Under the pieces are notes generated by a model that did no database searches, was not told the origin of the DNA, and saw nothing but the letters and a program-made list of their open reading frames with translations. This document shows, in pieces, positions 27,190-36,355 of a stretch of DNA of 64,000 nt; within the stretch, counting starts at the first letter, position 1, and each line of letters opens with the position of its first letter. A program made the translations under genes and the position numbers. Source of the DNA: Candidatus Aminicenantales bacterium (GTDB lineage Bacteria > Acidobacteriota > Aminicenantia > Aminicenantales > UBA4085); assembly GCA_049515535.1 (NCBI GenBank), contig JBEKTZ010000001.1, positions 80,599 to 144,598 of the forward strand, read 5' to 3'.

Positions 27190-30140
27190 TTCTTACCCCC
27201 TCCCTTGGCGGCCGGTTTGCCGAAAGTCGCGGAGGGGGCTACGTCGTCGCCGGCCTTTTCGGCGGCGGCTTCGAGTTGGATCTTCATGTTCGGGCGGCCG
27301 GGGTCCTTGAACTTCAAGCGGAGTTGCGCGCCATAGGTCATGCCCTCCTGCATGGCGTTGAAGAGGGTGCGAGAAGACTCCAAGGCTTTGATGGGGCTGT
27401 TTTGTTTGACGCCGCGGACTTCGAGGCTGGCCGTGCCGCCGGACTTGAGTTCGCCGCTGACGGTGACTTCGAGTGTAAGTTCGTCGGCCCCGAGCGGTTG
27501 AGCGATGCCGGCGAGGGTTTCCGCAACAATGGGAGTGCCAGCGTTGAGTTCGAGGATGCGGAGGGGGCGCGTTTCAGCGTGCGCGAGGATATTGGTCCAG
27601 TTGGAGGCGATGACGGTGTCGGGCTCAGCGGGAGGCGGGAAAGGCTGCGCGCCTGGTTCCTTGACTTTGCCCGATTCCTTGGCCGCGTCCACTTTGAGCC
27701 AGTCCTTGGCGGCGGTGCTGTCGGCGCGGGTGATGAGTTCGTCTTCGCGGAGTCCGAGACTGGGTGTCTCGCCTTGGATGCGGCGGCGTTGACCGGGCGC
27801 GCCGGTCACGGCTCCGGTCTTGTCGTAGGCGGCGCCGTCGGCGGCGCGAACGACGGCTTTGCCCTGCTCGACGGACCGGAGCACGGTCAGCTTGACGACG
27901 GAGGCGTCCGGTACGAGGCGGAGGCCGGGGGCGGCAAGGAAGCGTTCGTGAACGTCGCTCTGGCGGTAAACGTCGGGCTGGTCGGGGATGGGTGTGGTGC
28001 TGCTGAGGACGGTCTTGAGGAAGCGGTCGGGATCGAGAGCCTGGCCGGCCTTGTAGAGCATCTCCTTATCCTCAAGGAAGGAGCGTAGGCAGCGCTGGCC
28101 CTGGGGCTTGCTGAGGATGTCTTCGTCAGAGACCTGGTACTTCTCCTCGAAGCGGCCAGCGACTCCGTCAGCACGGACGACGGTGTCGAAGGCACGGCAG
28201 GTCTGAAGTTTGAACTCGCGGGCGAGAGTGGGTTCGAGCCGAGTAAGTTGCTCGCGGACGAGGGCGCCGCTGTCGCCGTGGCGGGCATCCTTTTTGATCT
28301 GCTCGGCGGCGATCAAGCGCTTGGTGCGTTCGAGGGCGTTCTGGAACGCGTCCGGGTTTGGGGCGACGGCCACGATGGCGTTGCGGAAGCGGCGGGGCGT
28401 GGGGGCCGCGGGGTCAGTGTCGTCCTCGTACTGGCAGACGTTGACCGCTATGTCCACGGTGGCGCACAGGGCGAGTTGCAGCGAGGGGTGCTTCTGCACG
28501 TCGCGGGCCTTTTCGGGCCAACTGGCTAGGGAAAAGAGCGGGCCGGCGAAGTAGCTCTGGGCCTCGGAGAAGACGCGGTCGAGGGCTTCGTCCTGGTCCA
28601 CGGTGGCGGCGCGCTGTTCGATCTGCTTGATGACATTGGGCTCAAAGCGGAACTGCCAGCCTTTGTGACCGGCGAGCGGATATGTGTGCCAGCAAGCGCC
28701 GACGAGACGGTCAAGGGCTTGGGATGGCTCCTCGCCGGATTCCGAAGTGCGAAGTATCGCAAGGGTAAGGTCGGCGGGATCCATACCGCTATTCTCGTTG
28801 CGCGGGAGGCTTTCAAGAAGCAGTGCAGAAGCCACGCGGTAGTGGATGCCGTCGGGTTTGCGATCGTCGAGATCGAGGGCATGACCTTCGATGTCGGCGC
28901 TGACGGCGGCTTCGAATTGGTCCTTGCGTAGGCGTTGGAGAAGGTCTCCACGGATGTCTGGGCTTCCCCAGTTGATTTCGCCGGCGGTGACGAGTTCAAC
29001 CTCGCGCTGGCTGTTCCAGATCTCGCGGATGATGCGGGCGAATAGGCGAAGCACGCCGCGACTGCGTTGGAACTCGGGAAGTGGGCCGAGGCGTTCCTTG
29101 GCGGTGTCAATCAGGCGGGGATGGAAGGGGTAGCACTCCTGGATTCGGCGGGCGTAGTCGGCGCTGAGTACGGCGGTCGGGAGCAGGTCGGGGTGGGCCT
29201 CCCGGACGCGTTCGTAGAGTTGATGATAGATGGCAGATGCCTGGGCTGCGGCGGCGGGATCGATCTTGTCGAAGAGGCGGCGCGCGATAACGCGGGCGGC
29301 TTGTTTGCCGACGGGATCGAAGTCGGTCATCTTACGACCGAGGATGTCTTCCATCTTCATGGCCGAAGGTCCAAACGCCTTCGCCATCAGAGCAGCTTCA
29401 GATGCATAGGCTGCTTGCTGGCCAGGGTCGGTGATAACTAGGACTGCTTGTTTCCGTTTGGCAATGGCCGAAATCAGTTTCCCAAGGGAACTCATCAGGT
29501 TCCCTTGGCCGGTAGCGGAGAGGCAGGCCATGTAGATGACGAGTTCGTCGAGGAGAATGAGCAGAGGGCCTTCACCGAGCATTTTCGAGAGGAGTTTTTC
29601 ATCCGGCGAGGCTTCATGATGATCTGCTGGACTGAGTGCCTTAAGGGCGGACGGGCCGCCAAGTTGGAAGGCCAGTTCGCCCTGCAAGCTGTGCGTCTTG
29701 GTTGCATTATGCGTGGAGAAGATGGGAAGGCCGGCTTTTGCAGCATCTACCGCAACCACGGTCACGGAGTTCGGCCGGCCAGCCGCTGGAAGCAGTTCCG
29801 TTCCGAGCGTAAGTTTGTTGATGTTCTGCGCGAGGTGCCAGAGCGCCATAAGGGTGTGGGTCTTGCCGCCGCCGAAGCCGGTGCTGAGGCGGATCAACTG
29901 GCCGGTTTCCTTATTATCCGCGAGAGCCTTAAAGACGGCAGTGCAGACGGCCTTGAGGTCGGGCGTTGGTTCCGTATTGCGGAAAAAGGTCTCTGCATGG
30001 CCGTAGACCTTGGGTGCGCTTCCGTCAATGAGTTGGCCGAAGTCGGCGGCGAAGATGGCGTCGTCGAGTTCGCCTTCGAGGACTTCCTTGCGTGGCTTGC
30101 AAGCATTCAAAACGCTAAATCCTTTACTTTTCTTGCTCAT
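27186..30140 (-). CDS. DUF499-type AAA+ ATPase (BrxC/PglY-like)
   Basis: Walker A (STGFGGGKTHTLMAL). Walker B-like (LLILLDELVIY). About 980 aa. GGAG RBS 5 nt upstream of the ATG at 30138-30140. First gene of the operon. Confidence 0.8.
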   Translation of the reverse strand: MSKKSKGFSVLNACKPRKEVLEGELDDAIFAADFGQLIDGSAPKVYGHAETFFRNTEPTPDLKAVCTAVFKALADNKETGQLIRLSTGFGGGKTHTLMALWHLAQNINKLTLGTELLPAAGRPNSVTVVAVDAAKAGLPIFSTHNATKTHSLQGELAFQLGGPSALKALSPADHHEASPDEKLLSKMLGEGPLLILLDELVIYMACLSATGQGNLMSSLGKLISAIAKRKQAVLVITDPGQQAAYASEAALMAKAFGPSAMKMEDILGRKMTDFDPVGKQAARVIARRLFDKIDPAAAAQASAIYHQLYERVREAHPDLLPTAVLSADYARRIQECYPFHPRLIDTAKERLGPLPEFQRSRGVLRLFARIIREIWNSQREVELVTAGEINWGSPDIRGDLLQRLRKDQFEAAVSADIEGHALDLDDRKPDGIHYRVASALLLESLPRNENSGMDPADLTLAILRTSESGEEPSQALDRLVGACWHTYPLAGHKGWQFRFEPNVIKQIEQRAATVDQDEALDRVFSEAQSYFAGPLFSLASWPEKARDVQKHPSLQLALCATVDIAVNVCQYEDDTDPAAPTPRRFRNAIVAVAPNPDAFQNALERTKRLIAAEQIKKDARHGDSGALVREQLTRLEPTLAREFKLQTCRAFDTVVRADGVAGRFEEKYQVSDEDILSKPQGQRCLRSFLEDKEMLYKAGQALDPDRFLKTVLSSTTPIPDQPDVYRQSDVHERFLAAPGLRLVPDASVVKLTVLRSVEQGKAVVRAADGAAYDKTGAVTGAPGQRRRIQGETPSLGLREDELITRADSTAAKDWLKVDAAKESGKVKEPGAQPFPPPAEPDTVIASNWTNILAHAETRPLRILELNAGTPIVAETLAGIAQPLGADELTLEVTVSGELKSGGTASLEVRGVKQNSPIKALESSRTLFNAMQEGMTYGAQLRLKFKDPGRPNMKIQLEAAAEKAGDDVAPSATFGKPAAKGGGKK

Positions 30141-30557
30141 ACCTACTCCATTCGCAATTACATAATGGCTTTATTATCGCTTTTTTTAATTGGGTTACTT
30201 GAAGATAAGACATTCCCCTTTCGCATTGACTATAGCTTTCGGCATAGGTCGGAGTCAAGAAGTCAAGGATTCGCAATCATGCCCAGCTAGGTAAGGGGTC
30301 CGACTTCCTCTTGAAATCGTTTATAAGGGGTTTGTCCGTAGACGTCCGGATCATAAGCGAAATGAACCACTAGATTTCTCCCCAAAAATCCATGTGAAAA
30401 AATTGAGGACAAGATCGCTATTAATGGCTCAGCTTAATTAGTCCAGCTAAAAATGGGCTGACCCGGCTCACCATTGCAACAATAGCTGAAGAAATCTTTA
30501 TGGAGATGCCTCTGCATGGCTCCCAGGCGGGCGCATCGGCTCGGACCGTACCTTAGG

Positions 30558-30578
30558 GCTATGCTCATAGAGCATAGC
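30558..30578. promoter_or_regulatory. perfect 21-bp palindrome GCTATGCTC-ATA-GAGCATAGC followed by a (TA)n tract and a half-site repeat (TGAGCATAGCA at 30613-30623)
   Basis: Read directly from the sequence. Lies in an AT-rich 530-bp gap between the Mrr-like gene stop and the DUF499 operon start. Candidate operator or promoter region. Confidence 0.3.
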
Positions 30579-30673
30579 ATAGCTATATATATATTAGTAA
30601 TATATATAAATATGAGCATAGCAAAGCAGGATCCACGCCTTCCTGAGCTGCGGCTTGGTGCTGGGCGAGGAAT

Positions 30674-31564
30674 TTATTTTGTTTTATTGATTTTTGGAAT
30701 TTTTTTTGAGAAATATTTGGACAGAGAAGGCGAGAAATCTTCCACTATTGACAGCCACGGCCTGTCCGGCAATAGCGGGCCTACCATTCGATTCAGCTTT
30801 CCCCTGTCAAACAGCTTGATTATCTTTCCTCGCTCTTTCGCTCGGCCGACTGCTTCATAGGCGCGGTAAGTGAAATGGTCGGCTGTGGAGACCAAGATTC
30901 CGTTCAACGAATCCTTTAAATCCAACGCCCCAAGGAGATTGCGTATAGTTGCTACACCCTCAGAGGAATTGGGGCGTCCGCGCCTCTTGACCTGTATGAG
31001 CCACTGTTTCTCCCTTGAATCAATAAAAACTACATCAACGCCGCCATCGCTGGGCTTGCCGACATGAAACACTTCGCAATCTCCGTGATTTGCCTTAAAG
31101 ACAGAAGCCACCAGTTTTTCAAGTCTGGCAGGACTTATCGTGTGCCAAATATTTTTGTCTCTCCTAACAGCCTGAGCAAGCTCATCATCCGGCCCTTCGG
31201 GCAATTTCCCTTCAAAGTCTCTTAGCTTGGAAATATAAGCATCCGAAATTAATTCCGATGCGGTGTTGTCTTTGCCCTCATGCCAGTACCACTGCCAATA
31301 TGCGCAATAATCACAAGACCATAGAGTGGAATCAACTAAGAAAACGAATCGTTTTGATTCAGGGTCATTTTGTTCTTTATAAAAATCAGCCGAACGCAGG
31401 GAAGTGCCGCAGAATGGGCAATTTTTTATTTCCGGGAACTGATCGTAAACCCACTCATAAATTAATTCGGCTTGCTCACCCTCAATACATTCTCCATTAA
31501 TTTCACATGTGAAGTCTGCCGCGACAATATGGTCATGTGGTATCTTGGAAGCTTTGGACATCAC
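30674..31564 (-). CDS. Mrr-like (Mrr_cat) restriction endonuclease-domain protein with N-terminal Cys-rich (zinc-ribbon-like) domain
   Basis: C-terminal PD-(D/E)xK signature DGGVDVVFID...QWLIQVKRR matches the Mrr catalytic pattern (GIDG...IQ.KR). N-terminal CPFCG...CDYC Cys cluster. The exact first codon is ambiguous. Confidence 0.7.
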   Translation of the reverse strand: MMSKASKIPHDHIVAADFTCEINGECIEGEQAELIYEWVYDQFPEIKNCPFCGTSLRSADFYKEQNDPESKRFVFLVDSTLWSCDYCAYWQWYWHEGKDNTASELISDAYISKLRDFEGKLPEGPDDELAQAVRRDKNIWHTISPARLEKLVASVFKANHGDCEVFHVGKPSDGGVDVVFIDSREKQWLIQVKRRGRPNSSEGVATIRNLLGALDLKDSLNGILVSTADHFTYRAYEAVGRAKERGKIIKLFDRGKLNRMVGPLLPDRPWLSIVEDFSPSLSKYFSKKIPKINKTK

Positions 31565-31794
31565 ATTAAATCCGTTTCTTAACGGACCTAATAATATTAC
31601 AGCCTATTTCTTTCTGCTTCAATCCGGCAAGAAAAAACGGAATCCGTAGCTTAAAAAATCAGCACGCGAGTCCGAACCCGCCTGACGACGAACATCCTCC
31701 GAATTTGCCGCCCAACACGTTGGGGTTCAGCGGCGGGCGCAGCCCATCCCGTAGAACCCCATGTTGGGCCACGTTGCGGTCCTGATTGATGTTC

Positions 31795-33192
31795 TCATGC
31801 GTGGTGCTTCTGGCGCCAGCTAGCAAACATAGCCCGTCGCGCCTTCCATGACGGCGGAGATGGTTCGAGACGTTGAATCCGGACGTTGTCCCAGACGAGG
31901 AGCCGCCTCCCGTCTCGCAACACGGCCCGTACATCGCCATCCTGAGAGACTACAAAGCCGACGCTGCCCGGATATGCCCAGCAATATCGCATCATTGAGC
32001 GATGACGGGTGCCGAGACTGTCAATGGCGAAACTACGCAGACTTGCTGGCTGCGCCGTAGCAGTGGTCGCGAGATGAACTCGGGGCGGCTCCTCTCTCGT
32101 CGTTATCTCCACGCCAAATGCTTGGATGGCTAGATTTCCTGTGGCCAACACCAGCCCGTCAATCCTGGATAGTCCGGCAACGAAGGTGGCGCAACCTGCC
32201 TCAGCACTGATGGCGTCCGACTCGTCGGTTTTGGCTATAGACTCCTTCAAGTAAAGATCGGCTGGCACGGTGTCCAAGCCTGGGTCGAGGTAATCTTCGA
32301 TAATATCTTGGCCGGTTCGATAGGCGATAAGTCGACTTGCAGATCGCAAGGCCAGCACGGTGGCAAGTTTCCTATACTGGAGGACATACTTCGGCCGCAA
32401 TCCGGCCCAGTTAAGGCGCGGCAGCAACAGCAACGCCCCGCCATGTCCCTGTCGGCGGATGGCCAAGAGAAGGCGACGCAAGCCATCCGTCCAGGTTTCA
32501 GCCGCCGTTTTCAGGTCGAATGGACCCGGTCGGACTGCCTCGCGCCGCAGAATGTTGCGTACACTCCGCATATGGTGCCTTACGAATGGTCGAAAACACC
32601 GATTTACGGGACCGTGGCTGAAGACATCTATCTGGCCCGGCGCAATTGAATCCTGTCGAAGTGTAGCTATGAGATATTTTTCGTCGTACACTGTCAGCGC
32701 GCCTTGGCCCGTGATCTGCAGCTGGAAGACGCCGGGGCGCCCAAAGGACACTTCTCCCTCGAAGTGTATGTTGCTTTCGAAATGGAGCTCTTGGTCGAAC
32801 ATGCCCCAGGCAAATGGTCGATGCGCTGCGTCGGCGAAGACAGCCAACGCCGCTGAATATCGCGGCGCGGCCTGCGCAAGCTTAGCCAGGGAGGCCGCTG
32901 TGAGGGCAACGCGGTTCTCGAATGGGAATAGCGACCCTCGTTGCGGCCTCACAAGAGGCGGATCTGGATCAGGGTGCTTCGGGTCCATAAACACGAGCGT
33001 ACAGGTGCATGGCCTGCTCTCGTCCCGTCGCATGCTGGCGAAGTAAGCGACCTCGAAGAGCCTGGTAAGGCTCAATAGAGGCGGTGGCCTACGGCCTACC
33101 TGGTGAAGATGTCTTAGCAGCCGAATGGCTAGATCGCGAGGATAGCTACTCGCCATGTAGGTTACTCTATGCGCCGGCCCAACAATGATCAT
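31795..33192 (-). CDS. protein with C-terminal diadenylate-cyclase-fold (DAC/DisA_N-like) domain; N-terminal 300 aa unknown
   Basis: C-terminus aligns to the CdaA/DisA DAC core: DGLVLATGNLAIQAFG (DGA region, as DGL), LGTRHRS (RHR motif), FVVSQDGDVRAV (VVSEETG region). May start at the second Met (MASSY, 33156). Confidence 0.6.
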   Translation of the reverse strand: MIIVGPAHRVTYMASSYPRDLAIRLLRHLHQVGRRPPPLLSLTRLFEVAYFASMRRDESRPCTCTLVFMDPKHPDPDPPLVRPQRGSLFPFENRVALTAASLAKLAQAAPRYSAALAVFADAAHRPFAWGMFDQELHFESNIHFEGEVSFGRPGVFQLQITGQGALTVYDEKYLIATLRQDSIAPGQIDVFSHGPVNRCFRPFVRHHMRSVRNILRREAVRPGPFDLKTAAETWTDGLRRLLLAIRRQGHGGALLLLPRLNWAGLRPKYVLQYRKLATVLALRSASRLIAYRTGQDIIEDYLDPGLDTVPADLYLKESIAKTDESDAISAEAGCATFVAGLSRIDGLVLATGNLAIQAFGVEITTREEPPRVHLATTATAQPASLRSFAIDSLGTRHRSMMRYCWAYPGSVGFVVSQDGDVRAVLRDGRRLLVWDNVRIQRLEPSPPSWKARRAMFASWRQKHHA

Positions 33193-33224
33193 ACAGTCTG
33201 TATAATTCTTGAAATACAGACTGT
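33193..33224. promoter_or_regulatory. hyphenated palindrome ACAGTCTGTAT-N10-ATACAGACTGT abutting the annotated start codon of the DAC-fold gene
   Basis: 11-bp perfect inverted arms read directly from the sequence. An AT-rich promoter-like region lies upstream (33225-33500). Confidence 0.35.
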
Positions 33225-33898
33225 CCCTTTCCGTATAAGAAGTCTCTTCCTTTCCTTATCTTTTCGTCCATCGCCTTTCATTCCGACTAGTTACCTCCGT
33301 CTTTCACCACAGAGCTTCCCGGACGGAATAATCGCCTTTTTTTTCGCGACGAAGACAACTTTCTGTCTTGTCTGTAAATATCCCCCGGTTAACATATATG
33401 TAGATTATCACTCTGATTCGAAAGATGTCAATTTTCTATAATTTAGGAGGGGCGGAAGACTTCGAATGAATGCTCTAAAACATGGGTAAGATTTTTAAAT
33501 AGCTTGGAAAAATTTCTTTTGGTCAGCGCAGGACGAACCGGCTAGTGTTGTTCCTCGCACTCGGCATGTTTGCTGCGGAGGAACCCGGCGGGTTTTCCAC
33601 AATACTTGCAGTTGCCCAAAGTGACCTCCTGAAAGTGCTAACAATAAGATCAGCCGCGAGTGTAACGAGTCGGCTACATTGCCTTGTTGGGGACTATGCG
33701 TTTTCGAGTAAGTGACCCGCCCCCACTTTGTGTACCACCTGTGAAGTGAAAATTCTAGGTTCTGGACCTGCCCCCTGATTAGGTCCATTTTTTAGGTTAG
33801 AAAAATATTTTATGGAGGGAGCCTCACCCCAAAACTGATCCAGCCAAAAATGAAGTTTTTTGGCTTTGTTTACTCCTTGCGAATTTATCAACGAACTC

Positions 33899-34642
33899 CT
33901 ATGGCGTCAAGTCTCCGAGCGCGCTATGCGGTCGAAACCTATTGTAGTCCTCTCGCAACTTCTCTATTTTTTCTCGGGCGTCCTCCATCGACAAGAACCA
34001 ATTGACGTTCAGGCATTCATCCCTGAACGTTCCGTTGAACGATTCGATCATCGCGTTATCCATAGGTTTACCGGGTCTCGAAAAATCTATCGTGACTCCG
34101 CTTTCATAGGCCCACTTGTCTAAAACCCTTGAAATAAATTCGCTCCCGTTGTCGCATTGGATGCGATCCGGAGCGCCCCGCTCCTTCACCAGCCGCTCGA
34201 CGACAGCCGCCACTTCCGCCCCCGTGAGGCTCTGGCCGGCTTCGATCGCCAGGCACTCGCGACTAAAATTATCGACTATCGTTAAGGCCCGGAATCGATG
34301 GCCGTTGAAGAGGCTGTCGACCACGAAATCCATGCTCCAGCAGACGTTGGGACGGCCGACCTCCGGCCGCGCCATTCGTCGGCTTCCCGTGACATGGCGC
34401 CGAGGACGCTTTCGGCGTAAGTTGAGTCCCTCCTGGCAGTAGATCCGATAAGTCCGCTTGTGATTGACGCGCCAGCCCTCGCGCCGAAGCAGGACATGTA
34501 TCCGACGATATCCATACCGAATCCGTGTCTCAGCGATCTCCCGGATTCGCATCCGCAGAGCTCCGTCGTCCTTGTGGTGCGAACGGTACCGATGGGACGA
34601 ACGCCAGATCCTGATCACCTCGCATGCCCGCCGCTCGCTCAC
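33899..34642 (-). pseudogene. IS3-family transposase OrfB (rve integrase core) truncated by an in-frame TAG
   Basis: DDE core (WSMDFV...DNGSEF...). Translation ends at ...HSALGDLTP*. Reading through the TAG at 33899-33901 gives EFVDKFARSKQ..., restoring the conserved LG(Y)LTPxEF tail. This points to a nonsense mutation. Confidence 0.65.
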
Positions 34643-34692
34643 CCAATACGCTTCCTCAAGATGCTCGACACGTTCCCGTCTCTGGGCTGGCT

Positions 34693-34965
34693 TCAGAATT
34701 TTTTTGAGAGCACATCCTGGAGCATCTGCTTATCCAGGCTCAGGTCAGCGACCATGCGCTTGAGACGCCGGTTCTCCTCCTCCAGTTGCCTCAAGCGACG
34801 CAGCTCCGATACTCCGAGCCCTCCGTACTTCTTCTTCCAGCGATAGAACGTCTGCTCCGAAATCGCCATCTTCCGGCAAACCTCGGGCACCCGGGTCCCC
34901 GTCTCGGCTTGCCGCAGAGCGAAGGCGATCTGCTCTTCCGTGTACTTCGATGTCTTCATCGACAA
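34693..34965 (-). CDS. IS3-family transposase OrfA (HTH)
   Basis: MSMKTSKYTEEQIAFALRQAETGTRVPEVCRKMAISEQTFYRWKKKYGG is the canonical IS3/IS911 OrfA. Leucine zipper follows. Confidence 0.85.
   Translation of the reverse strand: MSMKTSKYTEEQIAFALRQAETGTRVPEVCRKMAISEQTFYRWKKKYGGLGVSELRRLRQLEEENRRLKRMVADLSLDKQMLQDVLSKKF
34699..34705 (-). other. programmed -1 ribosomal frameshift slippery heptamer (A AAA AAA) at the orfA/orfB junction
   Basis: OrfA ends ...CTC TCA AAA AAA TTC TGA. The A7 run sits at the expected IS3 position. Confidence 0.5.
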
Positions 34966-35087
34966 AACCTCCTGCTGAGAGATTTTGCCATAAAACTCAC
35001 ATTATCGGTGGACCATTTTTAAGGGATGAGGTCCATAGGCTTAGAAGCTTTGAGTATTATTGCATGATCTATAAAAATTAGATTTTT

Positions 35088-36350
35088 TTACTTGGTCATC
35101 TTTGTAATCATAATGGGAATCCCAAATCGAAATGGACATTTTCCTATATATGATTCTGGATTTAAATTTATATCTGGCAAACCATTATCCTTGAACCAAT
35201 ATTCCCATTCCTTTCTGCCCAATTCCAAAACTGTATCTAATTCATTTTCCCAATTTTCATTTAATTTATAAATTTCTGATAATCCAATTAAATGACTAAT
35301 CTTTTTGCCAACATCCGAATAATCTTCTTTATCTGTAATTCCCAATTCAGATATTTCGCTAATGCATGAACTGAAAGATTCCTTATTTTTGGTATTTTTA
35401 TAATCATTTAATGAACTCAATATTACGAATCCTAGTCCAGGGATTGGCTTTTTTCCGGAATTAAGACTCTCCTCTTCAGCTGATCTTGTAGCAATTCCTG
35501 TATAGTTGTCATGAATTAATTTATAAATTTTTGTTAAAGGAATATCTGGGCTATTCAGCCATCCAAATTCGTCTGTAACAATGATGACTCGTTTAAAATC
35601 CGCTCTTCCTAAAATTAGAAGTAATAGGAAAAATCCTTCAACTATTGGGATTTCTTCAAAAAATTTTAAAATATTAGCAGAAAGTTCCTTTCTATATTTT
35701 TTATAAGATAAGAACAATGCAAAAGATATCGCTAATTTATCACCATAAGAAAGGCCCGTTTCTTTTAATTTATCATAAAGAGCTTTTCTTTCAAAGAAAA
35801 TCCTAATATTTCGAGCATAGTTTCTGAATGGCATTAATAAAATGCCTGCAATTCCAAAAGATGCAGCTGTTGTAATCGCGCTAAGAATAAGCAAGGAACT
35901 TGCGATGGCATCAAAAGCGACCGAAATTCTGCTTTCGCTTTTCTGTTTCTTTTCGTTATATCTATTATCTTCAATACCGATTCGTGTGTGGATTTCTCTA
36001 AGAAGTTCTCCTGGCCTAATATTACGGCCTTCGCTGCTCGTAAGAAGCACTTTGCCAATATTCATTTGGCCTTCCTGGTTAATATAAAGGAATAAGGTAT
36101 TTTCCAGCCCGATCGCCAGCTCCTTAATATAATATGCACAGGTTGATTTTCCGGCTCCATATTCTCCTTTTATAAGCAAACTTCTGAATTTCTTTGAACT
36201 TGTTTCACTCCATAATTTAGATAAGATGTTCGCAAATTTTTCGAAAGGCTTTCCTCCTGCGAAACTCGATATATATTCTTGGGGAACCCCCTTGTTTTTT
36301 AAAGAAGTAATTATTGCATCCGCAATTTTCGCAGAAATGGATTTACTCAT
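35088..36350 (-). CDS. KAP-family P-loop NTPase (membrane-inserted P-loop)
   Basis: Walker A GEYGAGKST. Hydrophobic transmembrane insert between Walker A and Walker B (ISVAFDAIASSLLILSAITTAASFGIAGILLMPF). Walker B RVIIVTDEFGW. AT-rich gene. Confidence 0.7.
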   Translation of the reverse strand: MSKSISAKIADAIITSLKNKGVPQEYISSFAGGKPFEKFANILSKLWSETSSKKFRSLLIKGEYGAGKSTCAYYIKELAIGLENTLFLYINQEGQMNIGKVLLTSSEGRNIRPGELLREIHTRIGIEDNRYNEKKQKSESRISVAFDAIASSLLILSAITTAASFGIAGILLMPFRNYARNIRIFFERKALYDKLKETGLSYGDKLAISFALFLSYKKYRKELSANILKFFEEIPIVEGFFLLLLILGRADFKRVIIVTDEFGWLNSPDIPLTKIYKLIHDNYTGIATRSAEEESLNSGKKPIPGLGFVILSSLNDYKNTKNKESFSSCISEISELGITDKEDYSDVGKKISHLIGLSEIYKLNENWENELDTVLELGRKEWEYWFKDNGLPDINLNPESYIGKCPFRFGIPIMITKMTK

Positions 36351-36355
36351 TTTAT

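Larger units (their letters stand above)
33762..35035 (-). mobile_element. IS3-family insertion sequence (orfA-orfB with -1 frameshift), decayed copy
   Basis: OrfA HTH (34693..34965). OrfB DDE/rve core (33899..34642). A7 slippery run at the orfA end. Imperfect terminal inverted repeats GGACCTGCCCCCTGATTAGGTCCA (33762) and TGGACCATTTTTAAGGGATGAGGTCC (35010). The ends are approximate. Confidence 0.65.

Noticed and set aside
18467-30140. Canonical BREX (type 1 or 3) or DISARM assignment for the defense operon
   Set aside because: There is no PglZ alkaline-phosphatase-like gene, and no BrxA/BrxB/BrxL. There is no DUF1998 (DrmB) partner for the helicase. Gene order and content fit neither system exactly.
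31659-31940. 93-aa Gly/Ser-rich ORF overlapping the 3' end of the DAC-fold gene
   Set aside because: Low-complexity composition and overlap with a well-supported gene. Likely spurious.
33193-33224. Treating the 33.2-kb palindrome as an IS terminal inverted repeat
   Set aside because: Its arms are only 10 bp apart and lie 540 bp from the IS3 end. The IS3 has its own GGACC... termini. More likely an operator or hairpin.
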